Origin: an uncultured Chryseobacterium sp.
Lineage (GTDB): Bacteria > Bacteroidota > Bacteroidia > Flavobacteriales_F > PHOS-HE28
NCBI GenBank assembly: GCA_964649165.1
Contig: CAZYPC010000005.1
Coordinates: 16,533-80,532, forward strand
Length of the DNA stretch: 64,000 bases
Reading direction: 5' to 3'
This document shows, in pieces, positions 29,265-39,086 of this stretch. The notes beneath the pieces were generated by a model. The model was given only the letters and a program-made list of their open reading frames with translations. It ran no database searches and was not told the origin of the DNA. A program made the translations under genes and the position numbers. Position 1 is the stretch's first letter. Each line of letters opens with the position of its first letter.

Positions 29265-31364
29265 TCAGAAGAACTTGTGGCGCTCGTCCTTGATGTGCGC
29301 TGCCTCTTTCATGGCATTGAACGCCTGATACTCCGCACGGCCACGGATCTTGTCCGTAAGGGGCTTCGCGGCATCCGGGTTCTCAGGCATTTCGCCAGCG
29401 GCCACCAGGTTGGTCATGTTGGCGACGTACACGGCCATATCGCCCTTCATCGGAGTGCTCAACTGTCCGTTCGCCAGGGTGAAGACCCGACCCACCACCT
29501 CGGGGTCGTTGAAGCCGCCCGGGATGCTCATACCACTGAAAGCCATGTCAGACGCGCTCTGCACACTGATGCCGAGTTCGGTCGCCAAGGCATTGAGATC
29601 CGTCTTACCGGCCATCTTGGCCAGTAGGGCTTCCGCCTTCTTCTGCTTGCGGACATCCGTGGTCATGGCCTCCTCCACATCCTCGAAGCGGGGATCCCCC
29701 TCCTCGCGGATGCCCGTGAGCAGGGCCACCACATAGCTTTCATCGCTCATCAGCGGTTCGCTGGGCTTGTCGCCGATCTTGGAGCGGTTCACGTAACTGA
29801 TCACACTTCCCGGATCCTGCAACCCGGAGATGAAGCGCTGATCACTCTTGAACTCATCGACCGGAGTGTAGGTCAGACTGGCCTCTGCCGCACTCTTGCG
29901 GAAGCTGGCCGTATCCGGATTGTTGAGGGCGAAGGAGCTGGCGGTCTTCCAAGCCTCCTTCATCGCCATATCGGGGCGCACCTTCCGATCCACGGTCAAC
30001 ACGCGGCGTTCCTGGCGGTTGCGTTGGCCGAGCACCTCAACGATGTGGTAACCATAGCTGGTCTTGCAGATCGTCGTGGCCCCCACCTTCTCATCGAAGC
30101 TCGCCTTGGTGAACTCGGGCACCATGCGCGTTTTGTCGAACCACTCGTATACCCCGCCGGTGCTCTTGCTTCCCGGATCCTCGGTGTACTTCTCGACCAT
30201 GGCTTCGAACTTCGACTTGTCACGTTTCACCACGGCAAGTACGCTGTCAGCTCGGGTCTTGATCTTTTTCTCAGCCTCCGGATCTTTCCCTGATGTGCTG
30301 AAGAGGATGTGCCTCACCCGCGCCTCAGGGACATCGGCCAGCTCCTTCACCTTCACCATCTTCCAGAAGTCACCATCCTTGAAGGGTCCGACCACCGCGC
30401 CGGTGTCGGCATGGAGGATGAGCGAATCGTTCACCTGATCGGCCGTGCCCTCAGCGTAAGCCGTAGCCGCGCCGGACTTGGTCGTTGAGTTCCGCAGCAC
30501 GAAAAGGCTGTCCGCCTTACCACGCAAAGTCTCGAACTCAGGCCTCAAGTTCGCGAGCTCGTCACGGGTGGCGGCGATGTCCTCCTGGGTGGGCGTCGCC
30601 GGGAACTTGACGTAGACGAAGCTGCGCGCGGCTTTCTGCTGCCATTTCTTCTCTGACCGGTGGGCGTTGAAGTAGGACCGCACATCGTCATTGCTAACGG
30701 CATAGAGACTGTCCGGCTCAGCGTCGTAGCGACGGGCGACGAAATTGAAAGTGGCCTTGGTATTCGCGGCCACATAGTCATCCTTCACCTGGGCGCTGTT
30801 CACGAAGCAGCTCTTTTTCAGCAACGCGTTGTACTTCGCGATGATGCGGTTGGGGATGAAGGTCTTCTTCTGGTACTCGTAAAGCACGGGGAGCTTCTCC
30901 TGCACGTTGGCGAAATAGCGCTTCAGGAGCGCCTTGTCGAGTTTGCCGTCCGGCCCCTTGAAGTTCTCGTTGTTCTGGAAATCGCTGACAATGTTGTCCC
31001 CCCAACGGATATCATCATACTCTTCGTTGCTCAGGGTTGTCCCGAGGCCGGCCTTGGCAGCTTGAACACTCAGTGTTCGCTCGCGCAGTATCTCCTGCCA
31101 GACGCTGTTGCGGATCTGCTCCTGCATCTGGTTGTCCACGTTCGTCCCATTCTCGCGGTAGAGATTGGCCTGTTCCTCAACGCGGTTGCTGAAGTCGACG
31201 GCACTGACCTCCTCCCCGGCGATCTCCCCGATGGCTTCCGCGCCCGGCCCGCGACCACCCTGGTTGCCGCTCAACAGCGCGTCCAATACGAACAGGAGGA
31301 GCGCTCCACCTACCAGGATCACCAACAGGTTTCCGCGTTCGCGGATCTTACCGATCACAGCCAT
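29265..31364 (-). CDS. Membrane-anchored periplasmic chaperone / parvulin-type peptidyl-prolyl isomerase (PpiD/SurA-like)
   Basis: ATG at 31364 (MAVIGKIRERGNLLVILVGGALLLFVL, an N-terminal anchor). Parvulin block ARVRHILF...GGVYEWFDKTRMVPEF...SYGYHIVEVLG. Confidence 0.85.
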   Translation of the reverse strand: MAVIGKIRERGNLLVILVGGALLLFVLDALLSGNQGGRGPGAEAIGEIAGEEVSAVDFSNRVEEQANLYRENGTNVDNQMQEQIRNSVWQEILRERTLSVQAAKAGLGTTLSNEEYDDIRWGDNIVSDFQNNENFKGPDGKLDKALLKRYFANVQEKLPVLYEYQKKTFIPNRIIAKYNALLKKSCFVNSAQVKDDYVAANTKATFNFVARRYDAEPDSLYAVSNDDVRSYFNAHRSEKKWQQKAARSFVYVKFPATPTQEDIAATRDELANLRPEFETLRGKADSLFVLRNSTTKSGAATAYAEGTADQVNDSLILHADTGAVVGPFKDGDFWKMVKVKELADVPEARVRHILFSTSGKDPEAEKKIKTRADSVLAVVKRDKSKFEAMVEKYTEDPGSKSTGGVYEWFDKTRMVPEFTKASFDEKVGATTICKTSYGYHIVEVLGQRNRQERRVLTVDRKVRPDMAMKEAWKTASSFALNNPDTASFRKSAAEASLTYTPVDEFKSDQRFISGLQDPGSVISYVNRSKIGDKPSEPLMSDESYVVALLTGIREEGDPRFEDVEEAMTTDVRKQKKAEALLAKMAGKTDLNALATELGISVQSASDMAFSGMSIPGGFNDPEVVGRVFTLANGQLSTPMKGDMAVYVANMTNLVAAGEMPENPDAAKPLTDKIRGRAEYQAFNAMKEAAHIKDERHKFF

Positions 31365-31654
31365 CGAAAAGGATTTTTTGAAAGGGTGGCAAATATAGGC
31401 GGGGAGGTGGTGCGGGGATGGTTGGTGGAAGTCGGGCAAGCCGTCGGAAGAAGAAGGCCCCGATCAGGATCTGGGGAAGGAGGTAACATGCTCCCATTGC
31501 ATGGCTGGCCAAGCAAGCATATGTGTCAGGCGCTTACTCGATGCAATCAATTGATTTTCAGAAATTTAATCTACACTGGGGACTACCTGCCGACTCGCAC
31601 CAGAATGGGCCTTGAGCACAAGATGCGTGCGTGGCCGGGCAAACAAATGCATGC

Positions 31655-32962
31655 TCAAGCACGCACGAACCCACTCTCTGGATCCACGACCTCCAGCTTC
31701 ACCAGATCAATGCGCCCGTGATTCACCTGGGCGACGGTCACCTTGAAGGGGCCTTCCTCGATCACCGTACCCTGTTCAGGAACAACACCCGTGTGGTGAA
31801 GTATCCATCCCGCCAGCGTGTCGTACTCCTCGTTCGGCGGGAAATCCAGTCCGAACTGCTCGGTCAGGTAGTCCACATCCAGGCGCGCGCTCAGCACGAA
31901 TTCATTCTCCCCGAGCCGCTCTTCGACCAGTTCGCCCTCATCGTGCTCATCCTCGATGTCCCCCACGATCGTCTCCACCACGTCCTCGATGGTGAGCATA
32001 CCCGCCGTTCCGCCGAACTCATCCACCACCACGGCGACATGCGTGCGTTGCTTGGTGAAGCGCTGCAACGCTTCGTCGGCGCTCATCGTGCCCGGCACGA
32101 AGTTGACCGGGCGCATCACCGCACGGATGCTGCGAGGCTTTCGGAACAGCTCATAACCGTGGACGTACCCGATCATGTTGTCAACGCTGTCCTTGTAGAC
32201 CAGCAACTTGCTGAGGCCTGTTTCTGTGAAGCGTTTGTGAAGTGTGGCCACCCCCTCATCGACGTCGATCGCCTCCACCTCGGCGCGGGGTATCATCAAT
32301 TCGCGCACCTTGATGTTGCTCAGTTCCAAGGTGTTCTTGAAGTACTCCACTTCGGAATCCAGATCCGTGTCCTTCGGAGCACTGTCCGTGACCTCTTTGA
32401 GGAACGCGTCCAGATCGATGCGGCCGAACGCGACTTCACCATGCTTGTGTTTGGCTCCGAACAAGCTGAGAACCCCATCGCTCAGTACGGTGAGGATGAT
32501 CGTAGGCGGCCACAGCACGAAGTAGAGAATGCGCAGGGGCAGTGCGAAAATGCTCAGGGTAAAATTCGGGTCGAGCCGGAACAGCGCCTTGGGAATGAAC
32601 TCGCTCACCACCAGGATGATCAGCGTCTCGATCACGGTCTCCATGACAAGCACGAAGCCCTCGCCGGGATAGATGGCGTGCAGCTTGGGCTTCAGGATGT
32701 CGGCCATGACGAGTCCATATACCACCAGACCGATATTGTTGCCCACGAGCAAGGCGCTGATCACCCTGCCCGGCCGTTTGAGCAAAGGCGCCACCAACCG
32801 GGCCCAGATGGTCCCCTCCTTCCGCTTGAGCTCCACATAGAGCTTGTTGCAGCTCACGATGGCGATCTCCAGCCCCGCACAGAGCGCCGTGAAAGCCATG
32901 CTGACGATGAGCAGGAAGAGCTGGGCGGTCGACACGGTGCGAAGATGACGGTGTTCGGCCAT
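31655..32962 (-). CDS. CNNM/CorC/HlyC-family membrane protein (DUF21 TM domain, CBS pair and CorC_HlyC domain)
   Basis: 435 aa. N-terminal 4-TM DUF21-like region, CBS-like central part (VRELMIPRAEV...), and a C-terminal GWILHHTGVVPEQGTVIEEGPFKVTVAQVNHGRIDLVKL, which is typical of the CorC_HlyC transporter-associated domain. Confidence 0.85.
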   Translation of the reverse strand: MAEHRHLRTVSTAQLFLLIVSMAFTALCAGLEIAIVSCNKLYVELKRKEGTIWARLVAPLLKRPGRVISALLVGNNIGLVVYGLVMADILKPKLHAIYPGEGFVLVMETVIETLIILVVSEFIPKALFRLDPNFTLSIFALPLRILYFVLWPPTIILTVLSDGVLSLFGAKHKHGEVAFGRIDLDAFLKEVTDSAPKDTDLDSEVEYFKNTLELSNIKVRELMIPRAEVEAIDVDEGVATLHKRFTETGLSKLLVYKDSVDNMIGYVHGYELFRKPRSIRAVMRPVNFVPGTMSADEALQRFTKQRTHVAVVVDEFGGTAGMLTIEDVVETIVGDIEDEHDEGELVEERLGENEFVLSARLDVDYLTEQFGLDFPPNEEYDTLAGWILHHTGVVPEQGTVIEEGPFKVTVAQVNHGRIDLVKLEVVDPESGFVRA

Positions 32963-32983
32963 AGTGCGGCCGACGAGCGGCGA

Positions 32984-33217
32984 TCAGCTCCGTTCCTCAT
33001 GCTGCTCCCGCGCCCTCCGTTCAGCCCATTCGGCCATTTTTCTCCGCGTGAACCGCCGATACAGGAACATCGCACCACAGATCAGCGGGAACCATGCATA
33101 CAATTTCCCATTCGTCCAGCCCAGGACATGGATCTCCCATCCGGCCCATAGCGCCCCCCCCGCTGCAAGTGTCAGCCAGAAGAACTCCATTATCCGTGCG
33201 AGTCTGTCCATGGTCAT
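32984..33217 (-). CDS. Small two-TM membrane protein, hypothetical
   Basis: The start at 33217 (MTMDRLARIMEFFWLTLAAGG...) forms an ATGA overlap with the lptC-like stop. Two hydrophobic helices and a basic/acidic tail. The longer track ORF (to 33370) overlaps the upstream gene. Confidence 0.5.
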   Translation of the reverse strand: MTMDRLARIMEFFWLTLAAGGALWAGWEIHVLGWTNGKLYAWFPLICGAMFLYRRFTRRKMAEWAERRAREQHEERS

Positions 33218-33783
33218 TCTGAAGGGGTTGAGGAGGTGTCTCCCGAATCCATGAAGAGGGTTCCTGTCAAGCGTCCGATCGTATAACGACTGAAATCCTC
33301 GTTGGCGTCCAGCCCTTGCCCGTAGAGGATGTCCTGGGCGCGGATGATCTTCACCGGTTGATCCGTCCATACCCGATCACTGTCCTGGCTCCATATGAGC
33401 AACTCCGTCTCCAGCCTTTCTCCGCGCACGTTCGTGAAAACCACATGGTCCCGGACCTCCATAAGGTTCTTCCGGGGCTTGATGAGTCCTTTTCGTGCGG
33501 TGAGGACGCTGCCTTGTCCGCCATCGGTATTGAAAAAGACGAGTTCCAGCCCTTCGCTCATTTCCGTCCGCTGGCGGCTATCGCCCATGTACTCCTCCAC
33601 TCTTCCAGCGCGCAGTCGATTACGCAGCCTGCCACTGTCGCTATAGAAGTACTCCGCCTGCGATGTGATGCGGTCAGGTGCGGAAGCGTCCATTTCCACG
33701 GCTGCCAGTTGGTCCAGATCGTTCTTGCAGCCAACGACCACGCACACCACGAGCATCAGCAGGATGCGACCGGCCGTGATCAC
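33214..33783 (-). CDS. lptC: LPS export periplasmic protein LptC-like (OstA-fold)
   Basis: A GTG at 33783 overlaps the upstream stop (GTGA) and gives VITAGRILLMLVVCVVVGC (anchor/lipobox). The next in-frame ATG is at 33756. Beta-jellyroll-like sequence with ...AEYFYSDSG...LELVFFNTDG...VFTNVRGERLETELLIWSQ. The neighbourhood (coaX, OMP, CNNM, PPIase) matches the usual flavobacterial lptC locus. Confidence 0.6.
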   Translation of the reverse strand: MITAGRILLMLVVCVVVGCKNDLDQLAAVEMDASAPDRITSQAEYFYSDSGRLRNRLRAGRVEEYMGDSRQRTEMSEGLELVFFNTDGGQGSVLTARKGLIKPRKNLMEVRDHVVFTNVRGERLETELLIWSQDSDRVWTDQPVKIIRAQDILYGQGLDANEDFSRYTIGRLTGTLFMDSGDTSSTPSE

Positions 33784-35372
33784 TGGATCTGGTAACGTTG
33801 GAACCAACGTTCCCTCTTCCAAGGGGTGATGCTCACACCTACCCACAGATGCGTGAAGTTCTCCTGGAGCAGTCCGTCCCCGAGGGTTCCCCGCTGTCCG
33901 AATTCGGCACCGATGTGCAGGTAGCTGTTCGTCTGCACCGTATTCAGGGGTAATGAGAGCCCCGCGCTGACGGATGTGCAGGTGAGCGGGGTGCCGCGTA
34001 TCTGCAGGTAATCGTCGACATAACGCACCCCGGCCCTGTAGGTCGCGCGCTGAAAAACCCCTCCCTCGTCGCCGGGCGTGAACCGCGCACCTGCGGCGTA
34101 GGTCATGCTGGCGCGCAATGAGGAAGGCAGGGCGTAGCCTTCGACATCCACCTCCGACAACGCCCAATCTCTGCGTCGTACTTCAGCCGTCAGTAGCCAG
34201 CGGGAATTGTGGACGCTTACCCCCGCACCGAAGGCCACCGGGAGGCTTAACGTTCCTTGGGTCTCCCCTGCGGAAGGCAATGTGTCGAGTACGGTCTCGC
34301 TACCGTTCGAGAAACGGAAGAATGACGTGACCAGATCGGTGCTCGTCGCGCTGAAGACGGCAGGGAGGCTGGCCGTTGCCCCGATGGTGAAACGCCAGGG
34401 CCGCGCATCAGCGACGTCCTTCAACCGCGGCATGTCCGTACTGTCGCGGTAGGCTGTTTTCCACGAGACGCTGCGCAACCAGGCCATCCGGGCTTCATCA
34501 GTCCTTGCCGCCCGCCAGAGGACCAGGTCATCGTATGCCATGCGCGTCGTGTCCACATGTTCGAGGCGCCATTGGTCGAGCTGTTGCTGGCCCTTCGCCT
34601 TGCGCTCTTCACGCGAGCGTTGCGCGCGCGCCTTGGAGGTGATCGCATCGCTGTAGTGAAGCCCGAAGCTCCCCGTGGGTGCGCGCAGGACCAGTGAGGA
34701 AAAGTCTGAAATACTCGTGTAGGCCAGACTGCGCGGGTACGCGGCCTTCCGGGTCTGCTCCACCGATCCGAAGAGGAAATCGAAGTTGCCCCCGATCGCC
34801 AACCGGCCGCCCAGATGACCAAGTGAGTCCGGCTTCTCCTGCCAGAGCACATGACCAAGCCCGGCGAAGATCCGGTTCAACCCGCCCGTTCCGTTGTATT
34901 CGTACGATACGGTCGCGTCATCCACGGTGGCGGTCTCCGTGAGGTCATACCCCACATCGCTGAACGGCTCGATGCCGAAGCCAAGGCCCCATCGCCCTTT
35001 GGCAAAGGGTACGCCGATGCTCAGTCCCATGAACTGCGCATCGCTCCGACGTGAAGTGGCCGCTTCGCTCTTCTGCTGGACGAACAGGCCGCGCACACCG
35101 CCTTGGAACACGGGTCGCAAGAGGCCCTCGCTTCCAATGTACCGGGCCGCCGCATAGCTCGCTGGATTGGCCGAAAGAATGCCGAACTGCTCAGTGTAGG
35201 CAATGCCGGTTCCGCCCATCAATGCTGATGGGACCTGAGCGGTGGGCAACAGATCACCGAATCCGAAAGCACTGTAAGGGGACCCGGAAGCGTCGATCTG
35301 GGCGCGCGCCTCAAACGCCGGGATCACCAGAAGCAGGCTCAGCAGCCGGACAGTCGAAAAGCGATAGGGCAT
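33780..35372 (-). CDS. Putative outer-membrane beta-barrel protein, hypothetical
   Basis: ATG at 35372 gives MPYRFSTVRLLSLLLVIPAFEARAQ (signal peptide). Gly/aromatic-rich alternating strands throughout. The start lies 62 nt inside the 3' end of coaX. Confidence 0.65.
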   Translation of the reverse strand: MPYRFSTVRLLSLLLVIPAFEARAQIDASGSPYSAFGFGDLLPTAQVPSALMGGTGIAYTEQFGILSANPASYAAARYIGSEGLLRPVFQGGVRGLFVQQKSEAATSRRSDAQFMGLSIGVPFAKGRWGLGFGIEPFSDVGYDLTETATVDDATVSYEYNGTGGLNRIFAGLGHVLWQEKPDSLGHLGGRLAIGGNFDFLFGSVEQTRKAAYPRSLAYTSISDFSSLVLRAPTGSFGLHYSDAITSKARAQRSREERKAKGQQQLDQWRLEHVDTTRMAYDDLVLWRAARTDEARMAWLRSVSWKTAYRDSTDMPRLKDVADARPWRFTIGATASLPAVFSATSTDLVTSFFRFSNGSETVLDTLPSAGETQGTLSLPVAFGAGVSVHNSRWLLTAEVRRRDWALSEVDVEGYALPSSLRASMTYAAGARFTPGDEGGVFQRATYRAGVRYVDDYLQIRGTPLTCTSVSAGLSLPLNTVQTNSYLHIGAEFGQRGTLGDGLLQENFTHLWVGVSITPWKRERWFQRYQIQ

Positions 35373-36081
35373 ACAGGCCGTAGAGGGTGAGAAAAGGGTG
35401 GGCAAAGATGCCGTTTTCCAAGGCCCGTGCGAACCGCAAGGCGTCACCGCCGGTGAGGACAACGGCCAGTCCCGGATGTTGTTGCCTGAGTTCGCCGATC
35501 ACCGCACCCAATTCGGCACGCAAACCATGATGGACGCCAGATCCGATACTCTCAACAGTAGAGCGTCCGATGAACGGGGGGTGATCGTCGACCTCAACTT
35601 GAGGCAAACGCGCGGTGAACTCATGCATGGCCCGAGCTCGCATGCGGAATCCAGGCGAGATGAGGCCGCCCTGGTAGGTATCGGTGCTGTCCACCAGATC
35701 GTAAGTGACACAGGACCCCAACGAAACAGCCAGCACGGCCCGTCCCGGAAACAACAAGGATGCCCCAACGGCATTTGCCCAACGGTCCGCCCCCAAGGAT
35801 CCTGGCGTGGTGTATCCGTTCAGCAAGTGGGACGGTGATAGCCCGGTGATCAGCTTCACCGGGCCCAAAGCACGAAGCGCGCTGATGAGGGCCGGGTTAT
35901 CCGCCGCAACGGCGCCGACAACCACCTCCTCCACGCTTTGCTCGCGGGAAAAGCCGAGTATCCCTGTCACATCCTCCTTCGCCAGGACGCCAAACCTGAC
36001 CGGTCGACGCGCGGAAAAAACAGCGAGCTTGGTTCGGGAATTCCCGATGTCCAGAACGAGCTTGACGGGGCTTGGGTCCAT
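35311..36081 (-). CDS. coaX: Type III pantothenate kinase
   Basis: 256 aa. LVLDIGNSRTKLAVF (phosphate-1 motif), GADRWANAVGA and VVLTGGDA are typical CoaX blocks. Confidence 0.9.
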   Translation of the reverse strand: MDPSPVKLVLDIGNSRTKLAVFSARRPVRFGVLAKEDVTGILGFSREQSVEEVVVGAVAADNPALISALRALGPVKLITGLSPSHLLNGYTTPGSLGADRWANAVGASLLFPGRAVLAVSLGSCVTYDLVDSTDTYQGGLISPGFRMRARAMHEFTARLPQVEVDDHPPFIGRSTVESIGSGVHHGLRAELGAVIGELRQQHPGLAVVLTGGDALRFARALENGIFAHPFLTLYGLYALSLFDCPAAEPASGDPGV

Positions 36082-36164
36082 GCTTCGCGCCGCTGTCTAT
36101 ATTCGCGGCCCCTTCCGGCAGACCTGCCAGTCCTGCCGACGCACAAAGATGCGGGGAAGTACTT

Positions 36165-36237
36165 GGTGCCTTAGCTCAGCTGGTAGAGCAACGGATTGAA
36201 AATCCGTGTGTCCCCAGTTCGATTCTGGGAGGCACCA
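36165..36237 (+). tRNA. tRNA-Phe (anticodon GAA)
   Basis: GGTGCCT acceptor stem pairs with AGGCACC, followed by the discriminator A. D-arm TAGCTCAGCTGGTAGAGCA. Anticodon stem-loop ACGGA-TTGAAAA-TCCGT. T-arm GTTCGATTC. Confidence 0.95.
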
Positions 36238-36241
36238 CTTC

Positions 36242-36275
36242 GAAGCCCCTCCACTTGGAGGGGCTTCTTGTTTTT
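36242..36275 (+). terminator. Rho-independent terminator after tRNA-Phe
   Basis: gaagcccctcc-actt-ggaggggcttc, a perfect 11-bp stem, followed by TTGTTTTT. Confidence 0.85.
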
Positions 36276-36354
36276 GCAACGTATGGTAAAGGGGCAAATA
36301 CCCCCAATTGCGGTATTCCGACACCCAACACCTGTCGGTTGTTTCGCAGCCGGA

Positions 36355-37569
36355 ATGAGAACCTCCGTATTCGTGCCTGTCCTGATCGCCAGTGCTGTTT
36401 GCCAGGCGCAAGTGATCACCAGCGAGGACAGCCTGAACGCCGGGCTGGTGCGCAACGACCGCACGACAGTGATCAGCGGATACGGCGAGATCAAGGTCTC
36501 GTACGACCAGCAGCTCGGCACGGGGCAGGCCAACCTCACGCGCAACGTGCTTTTCATCGGCCATCGTTTCAACAGCCGCATCAGCTTCTTCAGCGAGATG
36601 GAACTGGAGAACGCGCGCGTGGAGGGCGGTGAGGCCGGAGGTGAACTGAGCATGGAACAGCTCTTCATCAAATTCGACCTGACCAAGGACATCTACCTCA
36701 CCGGTGGGTTGTTCATCCCTCGTCTGGGCATCATCAATGAGAACCACCTGCCCACCACGTTCAGCGGGAATGACCGCCCGTTCGTTGAACAGTTCATCAT
36801 TCCCAGCACCTGGCGCGAGATCGGACTGGGGTTGTACGGGCGCAGTCGCCGCTGGCAGGGGCTGAATTGGAGCCTCGGCCTACAGAACGGTCTCCATGCG
36901 GGAGCGTTCGAGCATGGCAGCGGCATCCGGGAAGGTCGCGGCGAAGGCACACATGCCAGCGCTGCCAACATCGGTCTGAGCGGCGCCCTGCTGTATTACG
37001 TCGACAAGTTCCGCTTCCAAGGCAGCGCCTACTACGGCGGTGCCGCCGGCCTCACGCAGCGGGATGCCGACAGTCTCCAATTGGATTATGGGCTTTTCGG
37101 GACACCCGTGCGCCTGATGGAAGCCAACGCGCAATATCTCGGTGAGAAGCTCCGGGTGAAGGTGCTCGCCACGCAGGTGGACATACCGGATGCAGCGCGC
37201 ATCAACCGTGCATACGCGAACAACACGCCCGACCGCATGTTCGGAGCCTATGCCGAGATCGGTTGTGACCTCTGGTCGTGGATAAGGCCTTCAGAGAAGC
37301 GGGACCTCATCGCCTTTGCGCGGGTCGAAACACTGGATATGAACGCCGGGATCCCGAAGAACGGCATTGATGACCCCACGTTGCGTCGGACCTACATGAT
37401 AGCCGGCTTGGTCTATGCACCCGTCCATGGTGTCAATGTGAAAGCCGACTACGTGTTGCGCGGTACTGGCGAACCGAACGCGGCCTTGAACATCAATCCG
37501 TACCCTCAGGCCATGCCCTACTTCAAGGAGAACGGATCCCTGAACATCGGGGTGGCCTACAGCTTCTGA
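36355..37569 (+). CDS. Porin-like outer-membrane beta-barrel protein
   Basis: ATG at 36355 gives MRTSVFVPVLIASAVCQAQ. Alternating beta-strand pattern. The C-terminus NIGVAYSF ends in Phe. The stop overlaps the start of the Rieske gene (TGATG at 37567-37571). Confidence 0.7.
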   Translation: MRTSVFVPVLIASAVCQAQVITSEDSLNAGLVRNDRTTVISGYGEIKVSYDQQLGTGQANLTRNVLFIGHRFNSRISFFSEMELENARVEGGEAGGELSMEQLFIKFDLTKDIYLTGGLFIPRLGIINENHLPTTFSGNDRPFVEQFIIPSTWREIGLGLYGRSRRWQGLNWSLGLQNGLHAGAFEHGSGIREGRGEGTHASAANIGLSGALLYYVDKFRFQGSAYYGGAAGLTQRDADSLQLDYGLFGTPVRLMEANAQYLGEKLRVKVLATQVDIPDAARINRAYANNTPDRMFGAYAEIGCDLWSWIRPSEKRDLIAFARVETLDMNAGIPKNGIDDPTLRRTYMIAGLVYAPVHGVNVKADYVLRGTGEPNAALNINPYPQAMPYFKENGSLNIGVAYSF

Positions 37570-37994
37570 TGGAACGCCGCGATTTTCTCCGTGTCTCCTG
37601 TCTGGGATGTGCCCAGATGACGATCGGTACGGGTCTGTTGTCGCTCACAGGATGTACAACGCTTCCATTGGTCAAGGTGGAAAGCGACGGACGGCGCTTG
37701 CAGGTGCCGACGAGCGCGTTCGCGGAAAGCTCCAGCGTGATCGCCCGCACGCCGAAACTCTCCTACGACGTGCTGGTGGTCAAGCTGCCGGGCGGCGAAG
37801 CCCGTGCGCTCTACCTGCGTTGCACACACGAGGATCAGCCGATCACCGCTACGGCGAGCGGCCTGCACTGCCCCTCGCATGGAAGCCGGTTCGCCATGGA
37901 TGGCTCGGTGGAAGAGGGTCCAGCGACCGTGCCATTGGAAACGTTCACCGTTCGGCAGGAAGCCGACCATTATATCGTCCAACTCCAGAACTGA
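37569..37994 (+). CDS. Tat-exported Rieske [2Fe-2S] domain lipoprotein
   Basis: 141 aa. Twin-arginine motif ERRDFLR, lipobox LSLTGC, and Rieske ligand boxes CTHEDQP (CxH) and CPSHGSRF (CxxH). Confidence 0.85.
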   Translation: MERRDFLRVSCLGCAQMTIGTGLLSLTGCTTLPLVKVESDGRRLQVPTSAFAESSSVIARTPKLSYDVLVVKLPGGEARALYLRCTHEDQPITATASGLHCPSHGSRFAMDGSVEEGPATVPLETFTVRQEADHYIVQLQN

Positions 37995-38016
37995 GCGCGT
38001 ACCAGCCCATACGTTC

Positions 38017-39084
38017 ATGAAAAAACACATCCTCCTTCTCACCGCAATGCTCACTGCCACGGCCTGCAAGAAGGAAAGTGACGAACCCGGCACGACCACG
38101 CCCGATGGCTTCACCACCACCAGCGTGCTCAGCGCCTTCGCCAGCAACGTGGCCCAGGAGAACTACGCGGACCTTGCCCAACGCAGCGCGCTCCTGCGGG
38201 ATCTGATCATCGGCTTCGGTGCATCGCAGAGCGATGCGGACCTCGCTTTGTGCAAACAGCAATGGCGTGATACACGCTTGAGCTGGGAGCGGTCCGAAGC
38301 GTTGCTCTTCGGGCCCGTGGCGACAGACAACATAGACCCGCGCATCGACACATGGCCCGTGAATTTCACCGATCTGGAAGCCCAACTCGCGAGCGGGAAC
38401 GCCTTCACCCCCGAGTACATCACTTCACTGGAAGACGCCTTGAAGGGTTTCCATCCGATCGAATACCTGCTCTTCGGCGTGAACGGGAACAAGACCGCCG
38501 ACCAGTTCACCACAAGGGAGGTCGAGTACATCACCGCGCTCTCGAACGACCTGGCGAACCTCACGGCATCTTTGGACGAGAGCTGGGATCCCGCTACAAG
38601 CGGCAACTACTCGCAAGCGTTCACCTCGGCCGGAGAAGGAAGCGCGGAGTATCCCACGGAACGGTCGGCTTATGAAGAACTCGTGAATGCCATGGCGGGC
38701 ATCTGTGATGAGGTGGCGAACGGTAAAATGGGCGAGGTGCTCCTCGCTCAGGACCCACTGCTCGAGGAATCGCCTTTCGCGAAGAACTCCATCACCGATT
38801 TCACGAACAACATCCGCGGCGTCGAGAACGTTTACCTGGGCAAGTACCTGAGTGATGGTACGGGTCTGGAGAACTTCACGCGGGAGCATGACCTGCAGCT
38901 GGACAACACGATCAAGCAACGTATAGCCGCAGCGATAGCGGCCCTGGGTACGATCACAGTGCCCTTCGGGCAGGCCATCTCCGAGCAACCGGTCCAGGTG
39001 CAACAGGCGATCGATGCGATCAATGCCCTTGCGGGAACGCTGAACGATGAACTGCTTCCCCTCGTGCAGTTGCACGTGGATTGA
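38017..39084 (+). CDS. Imelysin-family (Peptidase_M75 / IrpA-like) lipoprotein
   Basis: ATG at 38017 (MKKHILLLTAMLTATACKKE, lipobox). Blocks WRDTRLSWERSEALLFGPV, IDTWPVN and the GxHxxE motif (GFHPIEYLLFG). Confidence 0.8.
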   Translation: MKKHILLLTAMLTATACKKESDEPGTTTPDGFTTTSVLSAFASNVAQENYADLAQRSALLRDLIIGFGASQSDADLALCKQQWRDTRLSWERSEALLFGPVATDNIDPRIDTWPVNFTDLEAQLASGNAFTPEYITSLEDALKGFHPIEYLLFGVNGNKTADQFTTREVEYITALSNDLANLTASLDESWDPATSGNYSQAFTSAGEGSAEYPTERSAYEELVNAMAGICDEVANGKMGEVLLAQDPLLEESPFAKNSITDFTNNIRGVENVYLGKYLSDGTGLENFTREHDLQLDNTIKQRIAAAIAALGTITVPFGQAISEQPVQVQQAIDAINALAGTLNDELLPLVQLHVD

Positions 39085-39086
39085 GC

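Noticed and set aside
31655-32962. Calling the CNNM/CorC-family gene gldE (gliding motility)
   Set aside because: GldE belongs to this family, but identification normally relies on a specific HMM and the adjacent gldD. Here the neighbours are the lptC-like and PPIase genes, so only the family-level call is justified.
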